Positions 1-12,738 of a stretch of 64,000 nt of DNA are shown here, one piece after another. The notes under the pieces are model-generated. The model saw only the letters and a list, made by a program, of their open reading frames with translations, did not search any database and was not told where the DNA came from. Numbering within the stretch: the stretch's first letter is position 1; the number at the start of each line of letters is the position of its first letter. The translations under genes were made by a program, and so were the position numbers. The stretch comes from Lytechinus pictus (Eukaryota), in contig NC_087252.1 of assembly GCF_037042905.1 (NCBI RefSeq), positions 14,200,001-14,264,000 on the forward strand, written 5' to 3'.

Positions 1-1002
1 GAAACCTGACTCAGTCTTCCAACAGTACAGAGTTTTGGGTGATAACTTGGATATGATGGCTTCTGAGAAGTAATCATTTGGAGTGGACATTTTGTTTCTA
101 AATAATATTGATATTGAAATGGCTTGGCAGATCACAATTCTAGTTCTCATCTTTCCCACAACCAAAGTTTCTCTCCAAGTAAATTTCGTGTGAAAATCTG
201 TGAATCTGCTTTGCCAAAAGCTGGCAGAACTTGTATCAGATATCAAACCATATCCAGCTGTTTCATGGGCTAAGATCTCCTAAGGTCATGGTCAAATGAA
301 TAGACATTGGTTTGCTCCTAAAGCTTTCACATGTGACAGATATTTGTATTTTCAGTTTCGCTTTCAAGAGTAGCTCATGCTGGTTCATGTATTCAATTTC
401 AGTTAAATTCAATTCAGTGTTTGTATTGTGAGAAAATGAATAAATATTGTAGGTCCGAAGACTCATCATATTTACAGACCAAAAAATGTGTAAGCATATT
501 ATTTTGATTAATACATATACATGGGAATTAAATACAATACATTGTGCAACTACATCAAAATAGTCTTTAGGACTAAATGTATGTATTTGTCATGTTTTGC
601 ATTGAATTGTCAATTTTTTTTCGAGTAGGACAGTATGTATTCAAAATGTCAAGTTAAGAAGTGGGAAAGCTTTAATTTGCATTTTCCGATTAGAATCATT
701 GTTGTATCAGTATTCTTCTTCCATGAAAATATTCAGGTGAGCGATTGCCTTATATCCACTTACACTCTCTGGTAACGTTTAGTTGAAATATTAGATTTAA
801 TAGTTTGGGGTCACAATTTCTCATACTTAAAAGATGCTGTTAGTGATTGATAGCGACGAAAAGGTTTTTTGTCTAATAATAGAAATATGTAGAAATTAAT
901 ACTGAAAATTATGTATTTCGACACATTTATGCCATCTCCTGCCCTCTCTCATTCCCTTCCCCTTTCTCGTTCCATTGATCTTTGCCATTTTTTTTCTGTC
1001 AG

Positions 1003-1102
1003 GGGGAAAAGACTCCGCAAGTATTCTGAGACGGATGCATCCACGGAGAGACTCTCTAGCTCTATCAGATCGGAAAGTGGGTCTAGTCAACTCTATACCA
1101 AG
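1003..1102 (+). CDS. Probable upstream coding exon of the ARHGAP32/33-like gene (GKRLRKYSETDASTERLSSSIRSESGSSQLYTK)
   Basis: Pyrimidine-rich acceptor ttttctgtcag| and donor AAG|gtaact. Open frame ends in phase 0, matching the 12653 exon. It starts in phase 2, so it needs exons upstream of the window. No recognisable domain. Confidence 0.6.
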
Positions 1103-1169
1103 GTAACTAGTTAACTCGCCCCCCTAAAAAAAGAAGTATCATGCTCAAGAAGTCAAGATGTATACATCT

Positions 1170-1400
1170 ATAGGCACAATATTCCAATGTCCTGGGTCCA
1201 ACCGCAGTACTCGCATCCTTTGGCAAGGCATGAATCTACATTTGCCGCTCTCCACCCAGGTATACCAAATTGGTACCCGGTAGAAAGAAAATCCTTGAAT
1301 TCTCGAGCACCTGATAAGAGTAGCTGTGGTAAAGCCGGGGTATTAGTATACAATGCTAATAAACACATTATTAAGTGCTATATAAATGTTGCATATTATT
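1170..1400 (+). mobile_element. Degenerate SINE fragment
   Basis: TCCTTTGGCAAGGC...CTCTCCACCCAGGT...GGTACCCGGTAG core shared with the 14233 SINE, and a GCTATATAAAT/TATTATT-type tail. Confidence 0.7.
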
Positions 1401-4400
1401 TTGATTTGTTTTTTTTTTACTTGATTTGGAGAAGAGCTAGACTTGTTGGGCTGTCTTAAATGATGCTCATCAATCTTCACACTCTCTTCTCTCAAACTCT
1501 TGAGAAATAACTGCAAGAAATAACTTTTTGGGCTGGAAATAGGATTATCATATCACTTCATGCTCTAAATTCTAACATCTACCTTCCACCTGCATTGGAT
1601 CAAAATATTTTCATTCATTTCTTGACAGTGGAATCATAAAAGCAGACAAAATCATGCAAAACGTCATGTCAACAGGGATATTTTTAGCGTGCAAATAGTG
1701 GATACATGATTTTCTACTGCATACAGCTAGTTAGGATGCAAGGCAAGCGAGAAAAACAAGTTAAACCATGGATTTCCCCATATGATTCATAGATGGGAGT
1801 CTTTCCTCTTTGGGGGGTGGATAGAACATTGTGGAAATAAACCTCTGTGGTGTGAATCTTCTAGGTATTAAAGGCAGCTACGAAAGAAAGTGATACTGAG
1901 GAAGAAAGAAATATATTTAGAGAGACAGGCAGAAAAATGAAAAGCAAGTGAAGGAAGGGAGTTAATGAAAGTAACGCTAGAGTGAAAGAGAGGAGAGAAA
2001 TAAATACGAAAAATATAAAAGGAGAGAAGGGGAATAAATTCTAAAGAGAAATATTGATGAAAAAGAACAGATTGGGAGTGTGTGAAAGAGAGAGAGAAAA
2101 GAAAGAAATAAAATTAGGAGAATGCCATGTTATTCATGCAAATATTTCTCTGGACGGTGGAAGGGGGGGGGGGTGGAGGAATTGTAGGGATTTTTTAAAC
2201 ATCCATCTGTTGATCCCCCCCTCCCCCATTATAAGAATGTTTGATTTCTTTTCAGATTAAACATAACATTTTCAAAAAAAAAAATCATATTAAAAAGTTG
2301 ATATAAACGAGCTTGGATTTATAACAGGTGGATACAAATTGCAAAATACCCCAAGACACAAAAATATTTGTGCCATTTCCAAGATTTTGTGATCATATTC
2401 CACAACTTAAATTATATTGAAACTAGTTGAAGTACAGAAACTGGGCTGCAACATCTCAGTGTTAAAATGTAGGTCAATGCTAATGCAATAATTGTTGTTA
2501 TGATAGTTGGGGTTTCAGAAATCGGATGTTAAAATCATATCTATATATAGACTACCTGTTCAACTATATGATCCCTATACAGATCAGGAGGAATATCTGG
2601 TTTAGAAGGATGTATCCTGTAAGATTTAGAAAAGGGTAGACTGAATGAATATAAGTCTATCTCACCAAGCCCCCTACACCATCAAACTTTCCTGCAATAT
2701 TACTATTATTGGATAAAAAGTATTAAAAAAGCAGGGCTTATAGATAGAGTCAATGAGTGAACATATTCATGAAACCTTTATAACAAGACCATTAACATGT
2801 GGGATACATAAACTACAACCTTTGTGATAAAATCAGATAGTATTATGTGTTCATGTTTATCTAGGAAATTAAGTGCTCTAAAATATTTCTCATACACACA
2901 CACATATGATGCTTTTACTCAACTGAAAGAGGCCAAAACATTCAAAGAAATAAAAATGACATTTCAGGGAATGATTTTGCTTTACAAAGCTCTCAACTAA
3001 GTAATGTACAGTCCTATGTAGAAATATGCTATATAAAAGACTATGCTTTAGCAGTCTTTCAAAAATGTGGAACAAATTGCAATGCGATACCAGGAAAATC
3101 ATTCCCTCCATTTTTGTATTTTTTTTCTTTCTGTTTTTCATATTGTTGCTCTCAATTGTACCACTTTGTCATGAAGTTTCATGTAAAATCAGGAGGTTTA
3201 AGGCAGGAAAAATCTATTAATTTTGCTTTTCATATAAATGCATGTTCCACAAGTGTACATGTACTTGTTATACAGTCAAACTTGTCATGGTGGTCAGCCT
3301 TCTACCGTATAGTAAAAACCTGTCTTTAGTGGCCATCAAACATGTTTCCTAAAAAGGAATACAAGTACGTTGATATTTATATAATATTGACTGGCCTTGA
3401 GGGGAACATCAAATATATTGCCAGCAAAAGAATCATATTGGCCCGAGTCTTTTATAGACGAGGGCAATATGGGTCATTTAAGGGCAATATATTTGATGTT
3501 TCCCGAAAGAAGAGCCAGTCAATATTTTTATTATCATCCAAATCAGATATCTAGAGCAAAAATCATGATAATGGGGATATTTCTTTTGAAAATAGAGTTC
3601 TATTGTGTCATGTTAATATCGGTCTAGGCTTTGCACTTTACCATTATGACGTACTTGCAAGCGCTCGGATCCAGCGTTGTCTTTATTATGACGTATATTG
3701 TTGGTGCGCGGATCCTTATGAAGCGTATCTCTTATACGCATCCACAAATGCCCGGATGTGAGACCAGGGCCCTGTTGCAAAAAAATTTATGTCATTATGA
3801 CATAAATTTCGATCATGACATAAAATCATGCATAGCTTATGCCGTTGACATAAATTCCGTTGCATAAAAATATTTATGTATTGTTTTAGCTTATGACGCG
3901 ATTTAATCATCATTACATAGACTGAATAGTCATGAACGAGCCTGTTGACATAAACTTGGCATAAGTTGTCATTTTTCAGCCGCAGCAAGTTCTTGCGAAA
4001 AAGGGTCATCGGCTTCCCATTTTGACGGGATAGAGGCATATTTTGGTATGTATCAAATTTTCATTGTTATACATCATAGATAATAGATCTATCTCATGTT
4101 CTGACTAAAAATTAAAGTTTCTAAGTATAAAGAGATATTTTAAATTAATTATTATCGCCGTCAATTTTATGCAATGATTGCTTGTAAACTCTCCGGCTGC
4201 TTTTAGCCGTACAACGCCGGCAGTTCTAGCCGGAGGTTCCGGCGTCTGACACAGACAAATAATGCATAGAATCAACACCGTCAGAAAACAGTTTTAAATA
4301 ATCTTCACGACATTGGACATTGTTTTTAAGGTTCCTGTGTCGGATGAACATGAATAATGCGTGGAATGAACACCGACAGAAAACAGTTTTAATAAATCTT

Positions 4401-4810
4401 CACGACATAGGCCTATTGGACATTGATTTTTAAGGTTTTTTTTTTTAGCACCCCCGCCCTTTCTGGAAAATTCTAAATCTAGTCAGTATATTGGTAGTCT
4501 TTCTAGAGTCTAATTCTAACATTAACAAGTTAGATCTAGTCTAGGCCTAACTTTAGAATCGACTAGACTAGTCTAGACCCTCTAGTTAGGGCCTAGAGTC
4601 TATCCAGCTCTGTCACTCACTGACCGTCGCGTCAGAGCCAGGCCCTAGAGGCTAGACTTTCTTCTAGCCCTCTGTAAAGTCTACTACTAAGACAAACTAA
4701 GTAAGAATAAGTTAGGGCCTAGCCCAGGCCAGACCTATATAAGTTATAACAGAGCCTATGTTAGTAGATACAAACAATTAGGCTAGAGAGTAGAGCCTAG
4801 GTATGGCCTA

Positions 4811-4983
4811 CCTCAAGCGAGGGTTCGTACGTGTATAGGCTCCACTATAGATAGTACGTACTTCACTACTGCTACCGTCCGCTCCACTAGTATCAGATAC
4901 AAATGAGATAGGTGGAGCGGAGGGTAGCGGTAGTGAAGTGTATTGCCTATTGGAGCCTATAGTATACGAGCCCTCGCCTGAGG
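4811..4983. mobile_element. Small palindromic MITE flanked by TA
   Basis: CCTCAAGCGAGGGTTCGTAC...TACGAGCCCTCGCCTGAGG ends. Internal arms 4861-4893 and 4907-4938 are complementary. Confidence 0.65.
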
Positions 4984-7323
4984 TAGGCAGAGCCAGGCCC
5001 AAAGCCTATATTAGCTATATTAGCTTGGCCCCTTTTAAGTTCTAGTCTAGATCTGCAGTAGTCAGTAGGCCTAGATCTATTCTGATCTAGTTTTCTATCT
5101 AGGGTCTTAGTTAGACTTAGACTAGTAACTAGACCTCCCAGGTCTAGATCTAGATCTAAGAAATTTAAATTTGTCTTGGTTAGCTGAGCTGGCTCTACCA
5201 TTGTATTACTGAGCTAGATCTACATGTAGGCCTACCCCGGTTTGGGCCTTGGTTCTGGCCAGGGAATGAGGTGGTGCAGCCCTGCCCCTGGACCGGGTCT
5301 GGCTTGGGTTCCTTCCATTCATGCTTTTATTATAGATCAAAATCAAGACCTAATTCGGGACCCAATCTAGTTTAGCAATACAAGAGATCTGAAATAGATG
5401 TAGCTCAGGCAGAACGAGCGATCGCTTGTAATTTATTTGTATATTCTAGGCCTAGGGCCCAAAATTAAAACTGTCTTTGCATCATTAGTAAGCTAATCAT
5501 TTGTAGGGCCTATCTATCATAGATTATCTAACACTATGGATCTACTAGAACTACAAATGTTACTTTAGATCCATCCTATGTCTAATCTTTAGCCTGGCTT
5601 CTTAACTCTGACTTTAAAATTCAAATTGAGTCTAGTACTGTAGGTTCTAACTTAGATCTTTGGAAGGCGGGCCTCTGCTGCATACGCTACGGTGGTGGAG
5701 CCCCCTGGGTTTATGATAGAGCTATGGAATAGGGTAGTCTAGCTCTAATATTGTTTTCTAATGACAGGGGTAGAGGCCTAGATCTAGTCAAGATTCATCA
5801 GTTGGAAGATGTGCACTACAATAACATGTAGAGTATTAGACCCTAGGAGCGAGTTGGGGGGGGTCCCTCTCTGTTAAGCAAAAAAAAAAATGCAATGATT
5901 GGTGTGTATTGTGATAAAATAATCTAGAAAACCCTGGGACACCCTCTGTGTTAACAAAGACTGGAGACTACTGAACAGGAATTACGCACTGAACTAATTA
6001 AGTTAAACACTGAACTGAAAAGACATGTAATTTCACAAAAAACTTGTCTGATGAGACTGATGACTACATTGTATGTTGATATCTAATATAGATATTAATG
6101 TACATCTTCGATTTATATTTTAGACTCTTCCAATTTTTAACAAAAGCAATGAGTTGAACATGCAGTCAAAAAAAAAAAAAAAAATCTACATGTATGTATC
6201 CTCTGTGTTTTCTGATTTGAATATATTCTCTGCGAGCTGGCTGCTGGCCTGTAGCCAAGCTACCTGTTTGATAAGTTTAATACACTTCTGAGGATATAGT
6301 GCACATTTTAGTTCTTTGATTTGTTTAACAGGTTAAAAACCTTATCAAATGCCTTTTCTATTAATTTTAAACCAATGCACAAGTAATATGCTTGGAGAAA
6401 AGGCATTTCCATTACCGGTAACTACAAGATTTGGTTTCTGATCTGTGGATAAAAATAACCATGGTAATTGAAATTCTCTTGGTGACTGTTATCAAGAATT
6501 TTTTATACTATATTCTATTTCTTTTACCTATTTACTCTAAAGGATTTTTCAGATAAATTATTAAAGGGGTGCTTTTTTTAGAAAAAAAAACCTTGGCAAT
6601 TTGAATTTTAAAAAATCCCAAATTTTTGTATAAATAATAGAATTATAAGGCCTACAATTTTCTTACCTATCAAAACCTATCTTCATTAGAAGTATTCATA
6701 TATTGCGTGTGTAAATCATTTTTCTAACAAAAAAAAGGAATTTGAAGCCTTAATGAAACACTTGTACTCTCCTTGCAATATTGCATCCTAAATGATAAAA
6801 GGTGCAAAAATTTACCTTGTCATTATTGTTTGCACCCAGAAATGTTCGTTTGCACAATAAAAGGGGCAACATTTTACCTTTTAAGGTGCATAATAGTATT
6901 ACTTAAACATTAAAAATGTTCAAATCTTTTAACCTTTATTACATGGTTCAAATCTGCTACACCCATAAAGGTGCACAAATGAGCATAATTGCTCTCATTG
7001 GCACTCCTTATTGTACCAACCCCTAAGGTTCAAATTTGAACCTTCTTAGTGTTTTCATCAAACCATTTCAAGGTTGAATGACTAGACCTTATTTGCCTTT
7101 GATTAGTATTCTCAATGCACTCATGGATAGAATTCATTTTTACACAGTTCTGAAAATAGCCAGTGAAACTGTCCCAACACCCCTGTCAAATATATTTGAC
7201 AAAATCTGTAATGATTAAAATATTTTTTTTAAAAGAAGGAACTTCAGTTGTTTATTCAAAATGTAAATATGAATTCATTCTCATCTGTTACTATTAAAAA
7301 TTTTGTATTCACTTTCCTAACAG

Positions 7324-7447
7324 TTGAACCACACAAACGGTGAGAAGAGGTAGAAATAAAGAGGGGGGATATCAAATGGAAGGAGATGGAAGTCCAGACA
7401 CTCTGCCACTGTGTGCCATTGAACAAGAAATCTCTTTTAGTATGAAG
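7324..7447 (+). other. Exon-like segment inside the 7.2-kb transposon; ATG 7376 gives MEGDGSPDTLPLCAIEQEISFSMK ending in phase 0
   Basis: ttcctaacag| acceptor and consensus AAG|gtgagt donor. In-frame TGA at 7325 lies upstream of the ATG. Confidence 0.45.
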
Positions 7448-8605
7448 GTGAGTTTTTATATAAAGTTGTGTTTATTGAATATTCTACTTGTAAATACAAG
7501 TATACTGTACGGTAATATTTATTCTAATTTATTTTATTGTTTTTAAGAGCGGTTGTAAATGTGATGTACTGTTATATATCATTCATTTTCAAATATGAAT
7601 CTTTTTTACAATTCATCTTATACAATTCATCTCAACAAAGAGACTAACAATGTGAGCTTACAAGCATAAACACAATATAAGTGCATTTAAGAATAAAATA
7701 GTGGTAGGAGTAGAAGGGAGAGGTCGCAAGTTGATAACATAAACATGACCTTGACCTCAATTTTGTGTTGTATTTTTTCGCCACATATGAACATTTTCTC
7801 CAATGACTTGATTGAAATGAAATATATTCTTACAACCATATAAGGGTATAAAAAATAATATTCGGAGACTATTAACCCATTTTTTATTTTACATTATATA
7901 CATTTTTTTATTTAAGCCTGTGATTGCAATCTCAAAAGGCTTTTTCATAATCTTGAAGAGATACATCATACATGCACATGTATGTGAACACTCTACTATT
8001 ATAAAGTTGAGTTGCTAAAGTTGTTTTCACTGATTATTCTTATAATTTCAGATTGTTCAAGAGTCAAGACTGTTGAAGATGTGACGTCATGGACCTGGTT
8101 GCACATGGCAAGGGAACTATCTGGCTGTACCCTGAAGTATTCTCTTTAAGATTTGAAAATTAACAAAAGTACTAATTTTCATTTTTTCAGAGATAATAAT
8201 CATTATATTGACATTGTGGATATCTTTTTATGATTGTTATCATACAATTATTATAATGTTAATGATGATAGGTCATAATAATACAAATGAATTATAAGTA
8301 GAAAAGAAGACAACCAAAAAGGAGGAGGAAAAGAAGAAGATGAAGAAGAGGAGGGTGGAAGAGGAGAAAAGGAGAAGAAGAATAAATAACATCACTGTGA
8401 GTTCCTCTTCATGATATTACATAAATATTTGTCTCTTTTAAATGAAAATATTTATTAAGCATAAAAATAGGATTTAGTTATTCTTGTTTTTTAAGATGTA
8501 TTATTATGTATCATGTTTGTAGTTGTACACTTGATTGAGGTACATGTATTGTATTCATTTAGGATATAAATAATATGTTTTATTTGAATCCATGCACCTC
8601 TTTAA

Positions 8606-9199
8606 AGGACAAGTCCACCCCAACAAAAAGTTGATTTGAATAAAAAGAGAAAAATCCAACAAGCATAACACTGAAAATTTCATCAAAATCGGATGTAAAA
8701 TAAGAAAGTAATGACATTTTAAAGTTTTGCTTAATTTCACAAAACAGTTATATGCACATTCTGGTGGGTATGCAAATGAGGTGACTGATGACGTCATCCA
8801 CTCACTATTTCTTTGGTATTTTATAATATGAAATATGGAATATTCAATTTTTCTCCTCATTGTCAAGTGAAAGAACGATTAATTCCTCCCTGAACATGTG
8901 GAATGAGCATTGTTTAATACTATAGGATCAGTCAAGTTGTTCCTTATTGTCAAATCTATAAAAAAAAAAATATGTATAGTATAGTTCAAACAATGAAAAA
9001 CAAAAGAAATAGTGAGTGAGGGACATCATCGACTGTCTCGTTTGAGTTGTGCATACAATGTTTTGTGAAAAATAAGCAAACCTTTAAAATGTCATAACTT
9101 TCATATTTTACATCCGATTTTGATGAAATTTTCAGCGTTTTGCTAGTATGATTTTTCTCTTTTTATTCAAATCAACATTTTCTGGGGTGGATTTGACCT
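8606..9199. mobile_element. TTAA-flanked MITE (Kolobok-like AGG...CCT ends), nested in the 7.2-kb element
   Basis: TTAA|AGGACAAGTCCACCCC ... GGGGTGGATTTGACCT|TTAA, with long imperfect TIRs (AAATTTCATCAAAATCGGATG). Confidence 0.85.
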
Positions 9200-9914
9200 T
9201 TAAATCATATTTATACAGTCATGATTAAAGGACATGGGACAGGTAACAAGATTACATTGTTTTACAAATTTTAGTGTGAATTTATTTTAAAAGTAATAAA
9301 TTTACATAAAATGTCATTCTTTTTGCTTCATCTCTTTGTTTTTTTTTTTATTGAATCGGGAGGGGGTGGGGTGTGGTTAAAATATGATTTGTTCCTCAGA
9401 ACACACTTGTTTCGCTACTAAAAATAGTAATTAATTTTTGTATAAAATTGTATGATTGTTTTTTTTTATGAACTCTGAATATTGTCCCATAAATTGTCAA
9501 ATTAGGAAAATAATTGATTGAGATGAAGATTTGAAGTAGGAAGGGCAAGAAATTAAAAGGAAATTTCATATAAAAGTGAGAAAGATCCAGAGATGCAAAG
9601 ATTACACTGTATAGGGAATAATGAGAGAGAGAGAGAGGGGGGGGGGGGAGGTGAAGTAGAATGGGAAAAGGGAAAGAAAAAGTACTATAAATGTGAAGGA
9701 GTCATTAACAGAGATAGATGTATTGAGAATTGGAGAGATAAGTTCCGAGAATGATAGTTGCCAATCTCGGAGGGAGGATGATAATGAAAGGGGAAAAGAG
9801 GATAAAGCATTTTTTGTGGGGGATTACATTTGATGAGAGAGAGATAGAAAGAAAATGGCCAGGTGCTCAAAGATGAAAAAATATAAATGATGGGTGACAG
9901 AGGTATTGACATAT

Positions 9915-10330
9915 TATATAATGTTACCATGGCAACACGATTTCCGACACATAAAAAAAAATGTCCTGTATTTGTCTTTACCTCGAGACCAATGTGTGAG
10001 CCAAATTTCATGAGAATTGGTTGAAAACTAATCAAGTAGTTGGAACCAATATATTTTTACCAATTTGGGGCTTATAATATGTTGTAACCATGGCAACACA
10101 ACTTCCAACACACACAAAATATGTGTCTCTCACACCTTTACCTCTCACTCAATGTGTGAACCAAATTTCAAGAGAATTGGTTGAAAATTGATGAAGAAAT
10201 TAAAACTGAAAGTATTTTACAAATTTTTTGTCATATAATATGCCGTTACCATGGAAACATGATTTCTAACACACAAAATAGGTTTTGGAGCTAGGGGAAG
10301 CAATCGCAATTCCAACACCAACGCCAACAC
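9915..10330. repeat. Three ~160-bp tandem units (GTTACCATGGCAACAC...CCAAATTTCA.GAGAATTGGTTGAAAA), probable repeat-element interior
   Basis: Unit motifs at about 9922, 10083 and 10245. Confidence 0.7.
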
Positions 10331-11713
10331 CGGACTTGAAGTCATCCAATGTGTGTACCAAATTTCTTGTTTAATCACATCTGAATTAAGCACAAAAGGG
10401 GCGATTTTAGACTGAAAGTCAAAGTTATTATCATTATTTCGGGAGGGAGGGGTGGTGCTTGAAAAACATGTGACGTTGATATATTAAATTATAATATTAT
10501 TCTAAGGAAAATGTCCTATCCTCAAAAATTAAGCACAATAACTTTTATGCTTAGGCCTAGCTTTGCTTATAAAAATAAGGGAAATATTTACGATAATTAT
10601 TTTTTTTAATATTGAAGGAATACATCTTAGGCTATCCAATGACACAAAAATTATTTCGAAACTCCAAGTAAAACTCAAAATATCATCAAATTACAAAGGG
10701 CATAATTATAAAAAATAATCCTAAAATTACCCTTAAGTCACTTATTGCAGAAAGCCGCAGTTTATGTCTTGATTTTAATCACGACATAAATTTATGTCAT
10801 TCAAATGGATTTATGTCATGATGTTATGTCGTGATTTATGACATAAAGCTTTATGCAACGGATTTATGTCAATATATGCGTTTATGTCATGATTTATGCT
10901 GTATGACATAAATCGTGACATAAATCATGACATAAATCAATACATAAACTTTTTTGCAACAGGGCCCAGGGAAAATACAAAGGTATATTTTGCGTCGTCT
11001 CTGCATGCAAAGTAAATACGCGCATTGAGACCGAGGAAAATACAAACAATATACTCTACCCTTCCCGATATTCAGAAAATGTAGGGCAATACAGTTTTGT
11101 AAATGACCAGCTCAGATGTCTGATACGGGTGATAATATTATTTATTTGACCAATATAAAAAAGTGCATACAATAAATCAGAAGAAAAACGATTACAGTAC
11201 ATGAACATGCAAAGAAATGTGTTATGGAACCTGTCTATAACAGCTACAGGACTATTCCTAGGGGATTTCTTCAGAGTCCTTGGGTGGCCTTATATGAATT
11301 GAGGGTAATTTTCAATATTCATGAAAAAGATATACATCTATATCAAAATCTAATTTATTCTCATATTGTGCACCGAGTATATTAGAAAGTCTGAGTTTGA
11401 ATTACAGTGACATTCATAGTCATGACTTGAATCGTATTGTTTCAGTAAATTGTGAGTATATTCATCACACACGTACCTTCTAATCCTGTCGCTATTCAAA
11501 GCATTACGACGTAAAGTCTGCGTCTAAATCTGTGCGCGGGTAGACATAATACTAGTTACTCACTCTCTCTATAAATAGAGGCGTGTTTATTGGATAAACA
11601 TGGGTACCTCACCCTGCATGATGATACAGGCCGGCTGGCCCGAAAGAGCTGTCATAATTTAACACGTTTCCTGTCTTGCGACCTCGTCCCCTTGCTTGAT
11701 AAAAGTCAAAAAT

Positions 11714-12090
11714 TACAAGTTACCAGTTTGAATGGGATTCATTTATTTCAAATATTATAATAGTCATGTCTCAGTTTACATTACTAGTATGAAGCAGAAT
11801 TTCCCTTAAGTCCTAAATACAAGTTTCTTGTTTGAATGGGATTCGTTTATTTCAAATTTCATCATTTAGTCCTGTCTCAATTGCTTTACTAGTATAAAGC
11901 AGAATTCCCCTTTTTTATGTAAGTCCCAAATACAAGTTACCAGTTTGAATGGGATTCATTTATTTCAAATTTCATTATTATGATATCCCTGTCCCAATTG
12001 CATTACTAGTATAATGCAGAATTCCCCTTACTTAATTTTATGTAAGTCCCAATTTTTATACAAGTTACCAGTTTGAATGGAATTCAAATT
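11714..12090. repeat. Minisatellite, about 4 units of 105-125 bp
   Basis: ACAAGTTACCAGTTTGAATGGGATTC recurs at about 11715, 11819, 11932 and 12060. Confidence 0.85.
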
Positions 12091-12652
12091 TATTGTGATT
12101 TTTTTTCATAATACCTGTATTCCTTTTCAAAAGTTTCACATTATCTTGGAGAACTATGCATAACATAGACAAATAAGAATGTGGATGGGAGGAAAAGAAG
12201 AAGGAAATAGAAGAGGAAAGGGGAGATGGAGAAAATTGAGTAGAAGTTGATAAAAGGAGGAGTCTGAGAAATTAAAGAAGAAAAGGAGGAAAAGAATGTG
12301 AAAAAGGAGGAGAAGAAGAAGAATGCAACAAAAGAGGAAGATGAAAAAGGAATGTGGATGTTTGAGTTTAGCAAAGTATTACTGACCTGAAATTACATAA
12401 AACTAAAACTTCACTATTTGTTTGTTTGGTGGTTTCTTTCTTTCACCATATGTCAATTCATAACAACAATGTTTATTTAACGATATACAGCAAAAACTTG
12501 TGGATGCAGATTTGAGCACTTTGTCAAGGAAAGGAACAAAAAGTATGCATTGTTGGGGGGGGGGGGGCAAAAAGATACAATTAAATCTTTCTGATACCGG
12601 TACATGTATTAATGGTTAATGTATTTTTTTCTCCATCTTTCATTTTGTGTAG

Positions 12653-12738
12653 GTTCCACTAACGCCATTGGCCTTAGAAGACAATGTGGACTACAACTTC
12701 AAAAGACAAGCCAGCGTGCGGATCAAAAAGATGACATC
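12653..12738 (+). CDS. ARHGAP32: ARHGAP32/33-like exon (VPLTPLALEDNVDYNFKRQASVRIKKMT)
   Basis: Acceptor ttttgtgtag|, donor TC|gtaagt. Phase 0 to 2, joins the 14925 exon in frame. Confidence 0.8.

Larger units (their letters stand above)
3768..10966. mobile_element. 7.2-kb non-autonomous PIF/Harbinger-like DNA transposon
   Basis: 24-bp TIRs GGCCCTGTTGCAAAAAA(A/G)TTTATG with 1 mismatch. CAG TSD at 3765-3767 and 10967-10969. ATGACATAAA/TTTATGTCAT subterminal arrays at both ends. No transposase ORF. Confidence 0.85.

Noticed and set aside
1..469. Open minus-strand frames at the window start
   Set aside because: No recognisable domain or clear splice signals, and the sequence is truncated by the window edge.
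3716..4039. 107-aa minus-strand ORF as a transposase
   Set aside because: It spans the TIR and subterminal repeats, crosses the element boundary and has no DDE-like motifs.
8052..8140. Additional host coding exon
   Set aside because: The acceptor is plausible, but phase 0 hits TGA after 10 codons and there is no good donor. It lies inside the transposon.
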